DNA of 64,000 bases from Octopus sinensis (GCF_006345805.1 NC_043002.1:64790001-64854000), one strand, 5' to 3'; counted from the stretch's first letter, positions 11,223 through 24,700 are shown. Program-made: numbers and translations. Notes: generated by a model from the letters alone, not told the origin.

Positions 11223-13144
11223 CGTAGGGACGTATGTCTATACACTCACAAAGTCACGTTTATATGAATAGATGGATTATTTTGTCATCGTCTGTATCCA
11301 TTGGGTTAAATTAGATTAAGGAACATGCACGGTACGTAAATCATCAGAAACGTATCTATTATGCTGTCAGAGGGTGATTGACTGTTTCATGAAAAACTGG
11401 ACTCAGATCTTTGACAGCGTATATTATGCCTGACATAACATTGTTAACCTCCGTCATCCTCGTGTGCCAAACGCAGACATGTACACTGCATTCTAAATAG
11501 CAGCAGGAAAGGTTTCTTTTATATAGAGATAATGTGCAGGTAAAATGACTGAGTGGATTTTTGTGTTATGCCATGCAAAAGTTGTATGCTTCAGTTCGTG
11601 GTTACAGTCAACTTATGCATATCTGTGCGCTCCACGTATGTGTGTATACGTACGTGTATATATCTGTGCGGCTGACAGAGTGAGATGCAGGGAGGGAGGA
11701 AGTGATGAGAAAGTGTGATAGTGAGATATAGTGAGAAATGGAGACCGTCCAAATGGAATGTATATTCTAATATCCTTTTATATTCTTTTAATGATAATTA
11801 ACAAGTAATCACCATCTTTTTAGCCCGGTTTGCCAGAATTATTGAGCAACGCTACTCCATATCGGGAACTCATGTTTTAAAAGAGAATGGTAGTTGTACA
11901 GGCTAATGGTTGAAAAATACGTGCAGCCGTAAATTGAGAGTCATTCGGCTCATGAGGCAATACGAAAATTACTGTTCACGAACTTCGGGTTCGTCGGTTT
12001 CTTGTCATGTATATAAGTATATACTGACATTTGAAGTAGTTTTTTTTATTTTCAGGATGGTAGGTGGTATCTTTGAAATATTCATGATTACATATATATG
12101 ATTCATCTCAGAATAATCAGCCGAATGAGCCTCTTCTTTCCTCCTCTTAATATCCTTAAATTCGTCCGTTTTCATACTGCTTTTGCGTGTTTTCATTTGT
12201 TGGACATATAAAATTCAACAGAACACTTCTCCATTTTATGTGTTCGTTTGTCCTTTCGTTTGTGAGAATGAATTTTTCTGAGATTACTTTCCATCATTTC
12301 TGTCCCTATATTACTCGGCTAATATTTTCCAAGCGTCCTTGGCACTTATTTTCGCACTTCTCTTCCCATAATAGAGACGGCCAGTTCCATATTAATACAG
12401 ACGACGCTATTCTACACTATATCTTTTACTTCTGAACAGTGTGTTAACTATCAGGTTTTCAGTACAATATTGCTGAATCTAACAAATATTATGCAAGCTA
12501 CAGAGCATTCTTTTTGCTTTTCCCTCTAGTTCCCACGCATCTGCATTCAGTACTCCCGTCTCACTCCTATACCGTTGGTACGTTCACACACAAGGAAGAC
12601 ATAGTATACTCTTGTTTGAGGAGAGAATCACCTTTGCACCCACAGAATTAACAGTGTCGTTGAACATTCTTGACACTAAAATTATTTATATGTGCAGTAC
12701 TCTCAGGGCGCAGAAGTCCACCAAAAAATCGATCGCCTATTTACAGAAGTCCTCAAAAACAATGCAGAAGTAACTGATACATTTTGTTGTCAAGCATTTA
12801 GATTGCAAGTCCCCACTACACTACATGCTCTTGTTCATCGGTTATATAGAAAGTCTTTATTCATGGTTATCCTCTCGGTAATTCGGTAATCCAAGTTTGC
12901 CCTCTGTGCACGCATACTTCGCCACGTATATAATCTATGGCGTTTCTATCTTCTGGAAACATATCGCTCTGAATTGCGACAAAATCAGTAAAGCAAATAC
13001 CGGGAAAATTCTTGACTGACAGAATCAATTAATTCCTTTTCTTTATATTTGCTTACCATGCGTTTAGATTACATATTGATATTATTACAATTGCATTATT
13101 ATATATTGTAAGTCATTATTATATACTATACAATTACATATCCA

Positions 13145-13372
13145 TAAGGCGACGAGCTGGCAGAAACGTTAGCTCGCTGGGCAAAATGCGTAGCCGTATT
13201 TCGTCTGCCGTTACGTTCTGAGTTCAAATTCCGCCGAGGTCGACTTTGTCTTTCATCATTTCGGGGTCGATTAAATAAGTACTAGTTACGCACTTAGGTC
13301 AATGTAATCGACTTAATCCGTTTGTCCGTACTTGATTGTCCCCTCTGTGTTTAGCCCCTTGTGGGTAGTAAA
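13145..13372 (+). mobile_element. SINE family A (tRNA-derived)
   Basis: aaggcgacgagctggcagaaacgttagc head; B-box-like GAGTTCAAATTCC; gtcgactttg..tttcatc..ttcggggtcga body. Confidence 0.9.
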
Positions 13373-13851
13373 TAATATATATACTATATAATTACATATC
13401 CTCCTCTCTTCTCAGAATATTAATTTTAGCCGTATCTTTAATGCTAGTAAGATCGAGACTTCCGTATTTATTGACCTTTAGTCTCTGTCATCTTTTTGCT
13501 TACACGTCATTGTCTATCACTGACTCTGCTCCATGGAATAGAATATCAGCATAGATTATTTCCTTAAGACAAGCGACCGTAGGATGATCCCTTATGGAAA
13601 TCAAATGGAAGTGGCTGAATGAAAACTGGTCTCTGGTTAACAACTAACTATATAATACATCTTTCACGGATCTCATTCATGATGTTTAGTTTGTTGACTG
13701 TATCTGCATGGATGACTCACATCGATCTCACTAGCCATGAAAACAAAAGAGAAGACCATAAAAACATGGCACCATATAAGTTTCTTTTCCAAGTCAACAA
13801 ATGTGAGGTAGAGTACCTTAAACTTCGGTGGATAGAGTATGTAAGATATTT

Positions 13852-14435
13852 AAGGCGGCGAGCTGGTAGAGACGTTGGCACGCCGGGCGAAATGCTTAGC
13901 GGTATTTCGTCTGCTGTTACGTTCTGAGTTCAAAATTCCGCCGAGGTCGACTTTGCCTTTTATCCTTTCGGGGTTGATTAAATAAGTACCAGTTACGCAT
14001 TGGGGGTCGACATATTCGACTTAATCCGTTTTTCTGTCCTTGTTTGTCCCCTCTGTGTGTAGCCCCTTGTGGTCAGTAGAGAAATAGGTATTTCGTCTGT
14101 CTTTACGCTCTGAGTTCAAATTCCGCCGAGGTCAACTTCGCCTTTCATCCTTTCGGGGTCGATTAAATAAGTACCAGTTACGCACTGCGGTCGATGTAAT
14201 CGACTTAATCCGTTTGTTTGTCCCCTCTGTGTTTAGCCCCTTGTTGCTAGTAAAGAAATAGAGCGTAAAGACAGACGAAATACCAATTTCTGAGTTCAAA
14301 TTCCGCCGAGGTCGACTTTGCTTTTCAACCTTTCGGTGTCGATAAATTACGTACAAGTAGCGTGCTGGGGTCGATCTAATCTACTGGCCCCCTCTCCAAA
14401 AATTCCGGGCCTTGTGCTTATAGTAGAAAAGATTA
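13852..14435 (+). mobile_element. SINE family A, trimeric form
   Basis: Head plus three tandem bodies starting ~13900, 14087 and ~14290; the third ends with gggccttgtgc..tagtagaaaagattat. Confidence 0.9.
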
Positions 14436-15360
14436 TGTATCTAGATGCTCACGAGCCAGTATAGGTTTGATCGAAATGCTGATATAATGCTACAATAATA
14501 TATAAGAGATAAACTTAGAAACTAATTTGTCAGATAATAATTGCCAATCTGTCTAATGGCATTCGTTCAGATGCATACGAACCCATATTAAAAGTAAATG
14601 CATTATGTCTGATGATTCAGAAGTTGAACATTGAGGGATTAGAACTAAGAAACACAGGGAAGCAAATGAATGAAAACCAGTAAGAAAAGTCATCAGTGCC
14701 ATCAACCGTTTTGATCTTTGTTACTTATAATTCAACGTGGGAAAGTTACACAACTAATCGTTGAGAAGGTAAATGCTGGAAAATTCTGGAAGAAAATCAA
14801 GGACGGAATGAAGCGGCAGTAAATTCTAATGTGATACAAATATGGTTCACCGACTGAAGTATTGAATACAACATGAATGACAAGACTTGTTCTGTGTCAT
14901 TGGCATTGATATTTCCATTGAAATTTGGTAGTGGAAAATCTAAATTGATATATGTTTATTTGGATAAAGAGGAAACGAAACACAGAAATACGCACACACA
15001 ATGCATGCATCTGTAGATGTACATATATGTATATGTCTGTGTGTGTGTATGTTTGTCTGTCTATGTATATAAAATTTATGTATGTATATATGTACGTACA
15101 TATAAGCTTGTATGCATGACTATATATTCATATATACATATGTACATACATAGGATCAGTTGTGTTGTAGTTTTTAACCTAGGCTGAATTTTAAATCTCT
15201 GTCACCCTCGGTCTCCTTCTGTCTCCCTCTCTCTCAATCACTTATATACTCACAGATATGTATGCATGTATATACATATACTTGCGTATGTACGTATATA
15301 TATATATATACATACATACACATCTCTCTCTCTCTGTATATATATATATATTCAAAACGC

Positions 15361-15392
<32 letters not shown>

Positions 15393-15433
15393 ATATATAT
15401 GTATGTATCTATATAGAGTTTTGAATATATATA

Positions 15434-15473
<40 letters not shown>

Positions 15474-15593
15474 TTTCCTGCGTGCACATGGATATATATA
15501 TATATGTGTGTGTATATGTGTCTGTCTGTCTGTGTGTGTGTGTGTGTGTGTTGCATGTGTGCGTATGTATACTTTCATAGACATATTGGGAGT

Positions 15594-15641
<48 letters not shown>

Positions 15642-17358
15642 GATAGATAGATAGAAAACGAATGAGATTGGTGGAGTAAGAGGTAAGCATAGATTGTGAT
15701 AGGGAGATATATAACGGTGGTGGTTGTGTGTAAGCATAAATAATTAACTTTGCAATAGAAGGTAATCTAGTTAGGTTATACCACGAATAAGCATGGAATG
15801 GAGACACTGATATATCAGACCATCCTCGGTTTATATCCGATAATTTTGGCACAGACAAATGTAAATCACTCACTTGGCAAGGAATTACCGTGAAATTGCA
15901 ATTCCTAAATCTCATGTACGAACTGTATACGGTATGTTTAAACCAATTTCGTACGGATCAGTGTGAAATCAATATCGTAGCAGTATACAAGACCTAGCGA
16001 GTAGAAAGAAGATAGATTGTTGATGTGAAGAGCAACTGTATTATTGGAACAGAATCGCCAATAACGAAATGGAAATGATGGGGTAAGATTACTGATAGAT
16101 GTCGTAAACCCATCATTCATTTAATATACAAAAACTAAAAGTAATAAAAGAAATACAAAAATTGTACAAATAAAAATATAATGAAAGTCAACCCAGAAAG
16201 TTAAGCTGCAATTTTGTTACAGGTTGATTCTGGTAGTCACTATCATAAATATACTTCACCTGACACGTCGCAAAATAAAATAAATTCACAAACAAAAGAA
16301 AGAACATCAAAATTATTTTAAAGAACATTGAAATAACATGTTTAACTTGTAAAATGAAAATAGCATGAACCTTTGAACAAATGCTGAAAGGAGTCAAAAA
16401 TCATCTGTGAATATGAGACATAAAAAAGCCCCAAATTAGAATATTAAATGTCTTTTGTTCTTAGGTTTGCGCTATAGAAATTATTTAAAACAATATCAGA
16501 TTTTAATCTAACATCATTTTGATGACAGCTATAATCCAAAATATATAAAAGACAGAAGAGAGAGAAAGAAAAAAGGTGATCGATTTACAGAAGGAGAAAG
16601 ATCAAGAGCTAGATATACAGAAATAGAAACAAAGGCATCTGAAAAAGAAACAAGCGTCGAACGAACTCAACATCTGTATCTTAATGGTCAAATATCTAAG
16701 CCTCAGCGTTCTGCATACGTGTATTAGTCTCAATACGAGAATGTCAATATATGTGTGTGTGTGTGAGTGAGGGCAACACATACGCCTATGCGTATCGGCT
16801 TATATGATTTTTTACGCAAACGTATGAGTGTAGGAAGACCAGGAGTAGAGAAAATAGCAAAATAAAACAAATCTGAAATATTTTGTTGTGTTTTCTTAGA
16901 GGTGTTTAGAATTTTAACTATCGTTTCATTTCCTTTCGTTTGTTCGACTTGATTCTTAATATTTATTCCTCCATTTGCGCTGTGGATAAGCGAAGTTAAC
17001 TCATCGGCCAGGCAAAATACTTTGACTAGTAGGATTCCGTCTCTTTAGGTACAGACTTTAATTCTTGCCAGGACAGAAAAATAAATTTCCTCTCTGTTAT
17101 TGAGATGGTTTAATCAATTGTACCTTCTCCTACTAGTTGCAATTTAATGTGTTTTTTTTTTATAGTAATCGCTATTTACTGTTTAAAATCAACAAAGTGC
17201 CTAACGTCACATATTGGTCTCATAAGTTATAAATGATAATTTAAATCAATTAGTTGAAGAATTATCATAAGAAATATAGACATAAACAAATGCAAATCGC
17301 CACACGCCAAATTTAGAGACGAAATCGGAGAATGTATTTTCTTAATATTTCCAATATT

Positions 17359-18130
17359 TAAGGCGTTAGCACGTCGGATAAAATGCTTCGCGATATTTCG
17401 TCTGTCGTTTCGTTCTGAGTTCAAATTCCGTCGAGGTTGACTTTGCCTTTCATCCTTTCGGGGTCGATAAATTAAGTACCAGTGACGCACTGGAGTCGAT
17501 GTAATCGACTTAATCCGTTTGTCTGTCCTTGTTTGTCCCCTCTATGTTTAGTCCTTTATGGGTAATAAAGAAACAGATATTTCATCTGTCTTTACGTTCT
17601 GAATTTAAATTCCGCTGAGGTCAACTTTGCATTTCATCCTTCCGGTGTCGATAAATTAAGTACTAGTTGTCTACAAGGATCGATCTAATCTACCGGCCCC
17701 ACCTCCTCAAAAATTTCAGGTCTTGTGCCTAGAGTAGAGGAGAATATTTTGAGGCGACCTGTTAGAATCATTAGCACGCCGAGCGACATGCTTGGCTGTA
17801 TTTTGTCTGTCGTTACTTTCTGAGTACAAATTCCGTTGCGGTCGACTTAGCATTTCATTCTTTCGGGCTCGATAAATTAAGTACCAGTTACTAACTGGGG
17901 TCGATCTAATCGACTGGACCCTCCCCCAAAATTCCGGCCTTGTGCCTATAATAGAAAAGAATACTTATAAGGTGGAGATCCGGCAGAATCGTTGGCACGC
18001 TGTACGTTTTCCCCGTGTTTAGTGACATTTCTTCCGGGTTTACGTTTTGAGTTCAAATTTGCCGTTCATCTAATGAAATTAATTTGAACACCAGTTCAAT
18101 TTAGTCGACTTGCCCTTCCTCTCATAAATT
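17359..18130 (+). mobile_element. Cluster of SINE family A copies and multimers
   Basis: Repeated family A bodies at ~17360, 17576, 17750 and 17970. Confidence 0.85.
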
Positions 18131-19066
18131 CAGAAAGAGAAAAAAATGATGTTAAATATTTGCAGTATCATTGAATATAATACAATTATATCAGTGATTT
18201 CTGTTTTTATAACTTTTCGCATTTATACGAACAGGTGTTAGTCTATTATATCAGCCTCAGTATATGATTGTTGCTTATGCAATATTCATAAACAATAATA
18301 ATAATAATGATGATATATACATATATATATATATATATAATAGTTATTGCGGCGATTATTAACAATTGGAATACAAACACTTACTCTCCGTCATCGTGGC
18401 TCCGATCAGTATGTACGACTTTATGAAATGGTAATGAGTTGATTTAATAAAAGAGAACGTAATTACATTAATCTGACATATGTAGACTTCGATATGAGAT
18501 ATGAAGATGTTTCAAGTTTGGAATGTAGTAATCAAGAAATATGTAAAAATGTTGTGGACTCTTTAAACGTTTTCGTCAGTTTTTTTTTATTTCTTTCTTT
18601 TCTCTTATTAGACGTTAACTGTTAATGTTTACATCTGAGAGCAGATTTTATGAAACTATAGAGCATAGTTCGTGCAGAGTTCATTTCATCACTACGTTAT
18701 GTGTTCTAGAAATGCCGCTTTAAAATCATACAGTGGTATTTCCCAGTGGTGGTGGGAAAATATATTGTCAGTGAAATTTTAGTGAGGATGGTTCAATCGA
18801 CAGCAACAAATATATCTCGGACATCACATATGATCAAATAATTTTCGAAATCTTTCCTAGCAAGTCGAAGTTTTATAAAATGGGACACGTGCCATTGCTA
18901 AAGTTAAAGATCGATGAACAGCTCATTTAGTTTTAAAGGAAATATTAGCAGAGGCCAAAAGATTGTTATTTGAGCGACCTCAAGCGCATGAAAACCAAAG
19001 TTGCTCAGGATTTGAACGCACAATTTTCGGTTTCCGTACCGCTATATTTGTAATACACTCAAATAA

Positions 19067-20690
19067 CACTGGTCAACAAAATGAAACTTATTTTAATCAT
19101 CAGCGTTGCTGATTAACTATTCTAGGTTGATTTTCGATGCAGATTACGAATCTGGATTTCGATTTCCTCTATCAGGTCACATGTTCATGTTAATAACACC
19201 TGCTGTTTTAACTTAGAGGATACGTAAAGCATGTCTATATAAAGTATATTGAATACAAAATACGATAATTTTATGGCTTTTTATTGTACGTTTAAATTAT
19301 TTTGTACAAATACGTTAAAATACCTTCAAATGCATAACAACTTAAAATCTTTGGGGATTTGGACATTCTATGTTGTTTTCTCTCAGGTTCATCCCTGTAT
19401 AACATCCAACGGTAGGCAGCTAACATTCCTGCAGTCCAAAATCCTTGATATCATTGTTCCATCGATGCAATATCTTGATGAAAGCGTTCCACTTGCTCAA
19501 CAGACAGTGCTCCAAGATTCTCTGCAAAAAATTTCAGATGTGAATCAAGGAAATGGACTTTTTGTGACATCCGACAGCCCATTGCAGTGTAGTCTGGAAG
19601 ACATTTCACTGCATTTTTAAACTCTAGAGATCCCTTGTTGCCTAGGAAATTTTCACAGAGCCATTTGGAGGATTCCCAGGCTTTAAGCTCAATCTCATGC
19701 ACTGCTGTGAGGAAGTGGTTGTCCTTCAGATGTTCTTTTATCTACGGACCTTTAAATACGCCCTCCTTCAGTTTTGATTTTTGGAAATTTGACCTTCACA
19801 TATTCAAAACATTTTGAGCTTTTCATGACAAGTGTCTTCACGAATTGTTTCATGAGGCCAAATTTTATGTAAAGAGAGGAAAGAAGAACATTTTCTGGGT
19901 TTAAAATTGGCTTACTCTGGACGCTAGAAACTCTCGGTGCATATGATTTTCGAAAAAGGCCATTCTGATTGCACATAGTGCTTGTTAGTTGCACGACTGG
20001 CCCATAGACATAAAAAGCAACAATATTTCGTGAACCCAGATTGCATTCCCATCAACATTCCAATCATCTTCAAGCCTTAACATATTTTCCAACTGTAGTT
20101 TGTATACTTTATGGCATTGAAGAGTACTTGCATGTTTTCATAACACTCCTTCATGTGCACTGAATGTCCTATGGGAATGGATGGTTTCTTATTGCCGCTG
20201 TGTAGCAGTACTGCCTTGAGGATTCTCTTGGATGAATCAATGAATAAGCACCATTCAGCTGGAACATGCTCTTGGAACAAACAGCGAAATAAATCATCAG
20301 TGTTATTACTGAAACAAAGTGGTCCATCAACAGAGAAGCATAAAGTCAGATCCCTAGTTCTCTTCCTGAAATGAGTAATACAAACATCTGCCTTAAGCAG
20401 GTACTTTTCTTGTAGGTGAGATGCTAATAGTTCAGCTTTATCCTTCGACAATGACAAGTCTCTAACTAAATCATTTAACTCTCCTTGAGAAAAAATCTGT
20501 GGTAGTCTTCATTTTCAATCGTGAAATCTGCACCCACTTAGGTGTCTTCCACAGCAGTAGTATTTTCTTCAGGAAATACATCTTCGTCAGACATCTGAAG
20601 GTCATTTTATGGTGGTATTGGAATAGGAAGATCATCATGGTTGTGTGGCACTGTTCTTCTTGCTGATTCCAAGCTGGGATACACAATCTT
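19067..20690 (-). mobile_element. Chapaev3-like (CMC superfamily) DNA transposon, 5'-truncated, frameshifted transposase
   Basis: Motifs LSKDKAELLAS, W.LFIDSSK..LKAVLLH.GNK, L.IK.GLMKQFVK, KVHFLDSHL, EQVERFHQDI in ORFs 20077-20457, 19752-19994 and 19451-19702; terminal CACTGGTCAACAAAA at 19067. Confidence 0.75.
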
Positions 20691-20747
20691 ATGCTTGGTC
20701 TTTACAGTAAACCCACTTACATTATCGTTGCAGAAATAACAATCCAA

Positions 20748-20982
20748 CAAGGTGGTGAGCTGGCAGAATGGTTAGCACGCTGGGCGAAATGCTTAACTGT
20801 ATTTCGTCTGCCGCTACGTTCTGAGTTCAAATTCCACCGAGGTCAATTTTGCCTTTCATCCTTGCTGGGTCGAATAAATAAGTACCAGTTACGCACTGGG
20901 GTCGATGTAATCAACTTAATTCGTTTGTCTGTCCTTGTTTGTCCACTCTGTGTGTAGCCCCTTGTGGGTAGTAAAGAAATAA
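20748..20982 (+). mobile_element. SINE family A
   Basis: aaggtggtgagctggcagaatggttagcacgc head and full body. Confidence 0.9.
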
Positions 20983-21097
20983 GATATAACAGTCCATGAA
21001 ATGATCCTTTCCACTCTCCATATCATATGTATTGCAAACGGCATTGCTCTCTTCCTCTTATTTAGCCAATCACTTATTCCATCTGAACAAACTGAGA

Positions 21098-21170
21098 ATT
21101 GGTCGGCCCGAGGCTATAGCAAAAGACACCTGCCCAAGGTGCCACGCAATGGGACTGAACCCGGAATTAT
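21098..21170 (-). mobile_element. SINE family B fragment (CORE-like)
   Basis: ggtcggcccgaggctatagcaaaagacacctgcccaaggtgcc is the reverse complement of the family B region at ~24150-24220. Confidence 0.75.
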
Positions 21171-21184
21171 ACACATATATACAT

Positions 21185-21375
21185 ATGATCGCTAGCCACT
21201 AAACCTTTTTAATTTCTCTCCCTGTTCATTTATGTGTTCCTTTCTGTTGAAGAGCGTAGGCTCGAAACGTAAACGGCTCTCTCACTTCACGAGCGTTTAA
21301 ACTAATACATCTGTTTATTGTTTACACACGCGTCTTCGTCTTTTGTTTTTTTTTTCTGTGTAAATTCCAACTATA
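21185..21375 (+). mobile_element. Solo pLTR-like unit with variant hammerhead (CTGTTGA core)
   Basis: CTGTTGA 21244-21250, stem II GAGC/GCTC, GAAA, ACGT, H=A, stem I CCTTT/AACGG (4 of 5 pairs); related to 55645-55848 on the minus strand. Confidence 0.55.
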
Positions 21376-21477
21376 TAAATGGTGTTAGTAATTTAGACAT
21401 GGCCTGGACCAGTCTTTGGTCGAAAAATGTCTAAGTTTCATCTATCTATCTATATATATATTTATTTTCATTTTATC

Positions 21478-21735
21478 TTATTTTATCTAGTTTCAGCTCA
21501 TGAGCTGTGGCCATGCTGGGGCACCGCCATTTGGTGTTGCTACATGATTTTACTTCACGAATGCTTTTTAGCAATTGTCATTTGGTGCATGAGAGAGTTC
21601 GATGCAGCTGCCCTCATCTGCACCTCCTACCGTGAAGTTGGTTTATCTGAGACACCTGACAGAAAGAGATCCAAAAGAAAACCATGTTCGATTTACCAGC
21701 TGATGATTAGAAATGAGATATTGGGAATACTTTGA
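21478..21735 (-). mobile_element. CR1-type LINE 3' end
   Basis: Minus translation DLFLSGVSDKPTSR*EVQMRAAASNSLMHQM, then 3' tail GGCGGTGCCCCAGCATGGCCACAGCTCATGAGCTGAAACTAGA. Confidence 0.75.
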
Positions 21736-21884
21736 ATCGAAGCCTTTCGTTTATAATATATTAATGAATACTCTACATTTGCTTTGAGTCCTGGTATTTA
21801 TAGCACGTGGTGAATGAACATACATTTATATACCTACTTATACACATGCATACACACACACAAACACACATATTTTTTAATGTA

Positions 21885-22190
21885 GTTGCAGCTCAAAGCT
21901 GCGGCTTTTCTGATGCACCACCATTTTGTTACAATGTTATCAGTAAGAGCCTCCTCCAATATGTGGCACTGGGTGAAGAATAGAGTCTGATGTAGCTACC
22001 CTCATTTGCGCCTCTTGCCGTGCGGTAGGCTTATCTGGGACTCTCGACAGGCAGAGGTCCAGCTTTGATTTAAAATCACCTACATTTATTTTGTGCAGGT
22101 TCCTCAGGCTCTTTGGGAGAATATTAAAAAGCTGTGGGTCGCTGAAATCCAGGCAGTTGCAGTAACTTGTCCTAAAGCGTTATGGCTTAG
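21885..22190 (-). mobile_element. CR1-type LINE 3' end, second copy
   Basis: Minus translation PQLFNILPKSLRNLHKINVGDFKSKLDLCLSRVPDKPTARQEAQMRVATSDSILH. Confidence 0.75.
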
Positions 22191-22253
22191 CTGTTATATA
22201 TACATATATACATACATATATATATATATATAATATATATATATATATTATAT

Positions 22254-22614
<361 letters not shown>

Positions 22615-23171
22615 GTATATATATATAATATATATATATATACACATGTATGTTCATATGTTTATATGTAAGCATTCATACACATACCTATATACATGTC
22701 TGCATAAGCGTACCGTTACACACATGCATTCCATTTCAGGATATAGGCAGATACAGGCAATAAAACTCTACAACTTCAGAGAATATGTTCAACTACAACA
22801 TCTGCAAATATCTACCACAATCAATCGATTGTCACCAACTGGCGCATTCTGTATTCCACAGAAAATCACGTAAATATATAAGCTTTGCTATTGACATGTT
22901 TGTCCAGTTGTCTAAAAAGAGAAAACCATGAAATCCGTGGCTCATTTTTTTATTTTTATAACTTACCTACTATGTTCTGAAATATGAAGATTAGGATTAG
23001 CTTGTATGCACTTCACGAAAGCTTGAATGTTAGTTCCCGCTTAACCAGAATCTTTCAGGTTTAGGTTTAATTTTTTTTTCTGCTAGATTAGAATGTCTTA
23101 TGTGTCTTTCCTTCGATGATGTCTGTAATAGGATTTTGTGTACAACCTACTTTATGAGGCGAGTTTATATT

Positions 23172-23211
<40 letters not shown>

Positions 23212-23403
23212 CATACATACACACACATATATATATGTATATACATATGTATATATATATATATATATACTTACATGCATGGTAATATTTCTAAGTGTGT
23301 GACTGTATGTATGTATGTATAGATAATTATGTACACTTTCATATCTTTCTATCATCCATCCCTCAATCCTATCTTTCTCTCTCTTCGTCTCTCATTCACT
23401 ATG

Positions 23404-23461
<58 letters not shown>

Positions 23462-23491
23462 TATATACATATATATATATATACTTTTATA

Positions 23492-23537
<46 letters not shown>

Positions 23538-24094
23538 TATATATATATATACATATACACGTTACAAAAGTAAGATGAAAATAGGAGGAAAGTTATATAC
23601 AGCAACATTAAGACTGGTCAAGTGTGTGTACATTTGTGCATCTGACAATGTGCTTTGTTTGTATCCATCAACATTGATATACTTGATTATTTAACTGTGG
23701 GACAACAAATTTTGAATAATTCTGCTTTGTGTTTAAAACAAGAGATGAATTATTTTCGCTTCAGAACTTTTGTTTTTCAAGTAGATTTTGCGATTTAGCC
23801 ACAGGTTGTGTGTGATCCAACAGCGGTACGCTAAAAATTATTCAAGCTCTAATGCTTAATTTCTTTCTGCAATAATTTTTTGACGCTAGACAGAGATTTC
23901 TCTGGTGTTCCCAGTATGTCGTGAATGAAATATATCTACTATAAAATAAAGTATTATTTCTGTTCTTCTTAGTAATTGTATGTGTGTGTGTGTGCGTGTA
24001 TGTATTTTTGTATGTGTCTCGTAGGATGTTACAAGCTATCTCTATTTAACTGTTGTGCGCATCTACGTGCATCTACGTTCATCTACGTTTAAGT

Positions 24095-24485
24095 ATATAG
24101 GCGCAGGCACGGCTGTGTGATAAGTAGCTTGCTTAGCAACCACATGGCTCCGTTTTCAGTCCCACTGCGTGGCACCTTGGGCGAGTGACGTCTACTATAG
24201 CCTCGGTCCGACCAAAGCCTTGTGAGTGGATTTGGTAGACGGAAACTGAAAGAAGCCTGTTGTGTATATGTGTGTGTGTTTGTGTGTCCGTGTTTGTTCT
24301 TCCTACCATCGCTTGCCAACCGATGTTGGTGTGTTTGCGTCCCCATTACTTAGCGGTTCGGCAAAAGAGACTGATAGAATAAGTACTAGGCTTACAGAGA
24401 ATAAGTTCTGGTGTCGATTTGTTCGATTAAAGGCGGTGCTCCAGCATGGCCGCAGTCAAATTACTGAATCAAATAAAATAATAAA
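24095..24485 (+). mobile_element. SINE family B, near full length (tRNA head, CORE-like ccttgggcgagtg, CR1-like tail)
   Basis: Head ggctgtgtgataagtagcttg; tail ggcggtgctccagcatggccgcag; a reverse copy lies at 54625-55010. Confidence 0.85.
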
Positions 24486-24574
24486 AGAAAGAATATATAT
24501 ATATACACACATACATACCTACATACATACATATATACAGACACACACATACACTTATATATATATATATATAG

Positions 24575-24700
24575 TTGAATTTGATAGAAAAATAAAAGAC
24601 GGGGCAAACAAATGTAATAGTTTGATGCTCGGGAAAAATGAAAATGCTTTTAGGTTTCGAGCCTGGGCTCTTCAACATAATGGGGAAAAAGAGAAAATAA
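24575..24700 (-). mobile_element. Solo HHR-unit relic (ATGTTGA core)
   Basis: Minus strand atgttgaagagcccaggctcgaaacctaaaag; abuts a (TA)n tract. Confidence 0.4.

Noticed and set aside
12698-12769. 72-nt candidate exon (YSQGAEVHQKIDRLFTEVLKNNAE)
   Set aside because: All three frames open, modest splice sites, internal cagaagt repeats; uninformative.
13852-14435. CRISPR-like repeat array
   Set aside because: Units are ~170-230-bp SINE bodies with no unique spacers and no cas genes.
22967-22976. Minus-strand 10-nt micro-exon with TAG|GTAAGT donor
   Set aside because: No supporting partner exons; expected by chance.
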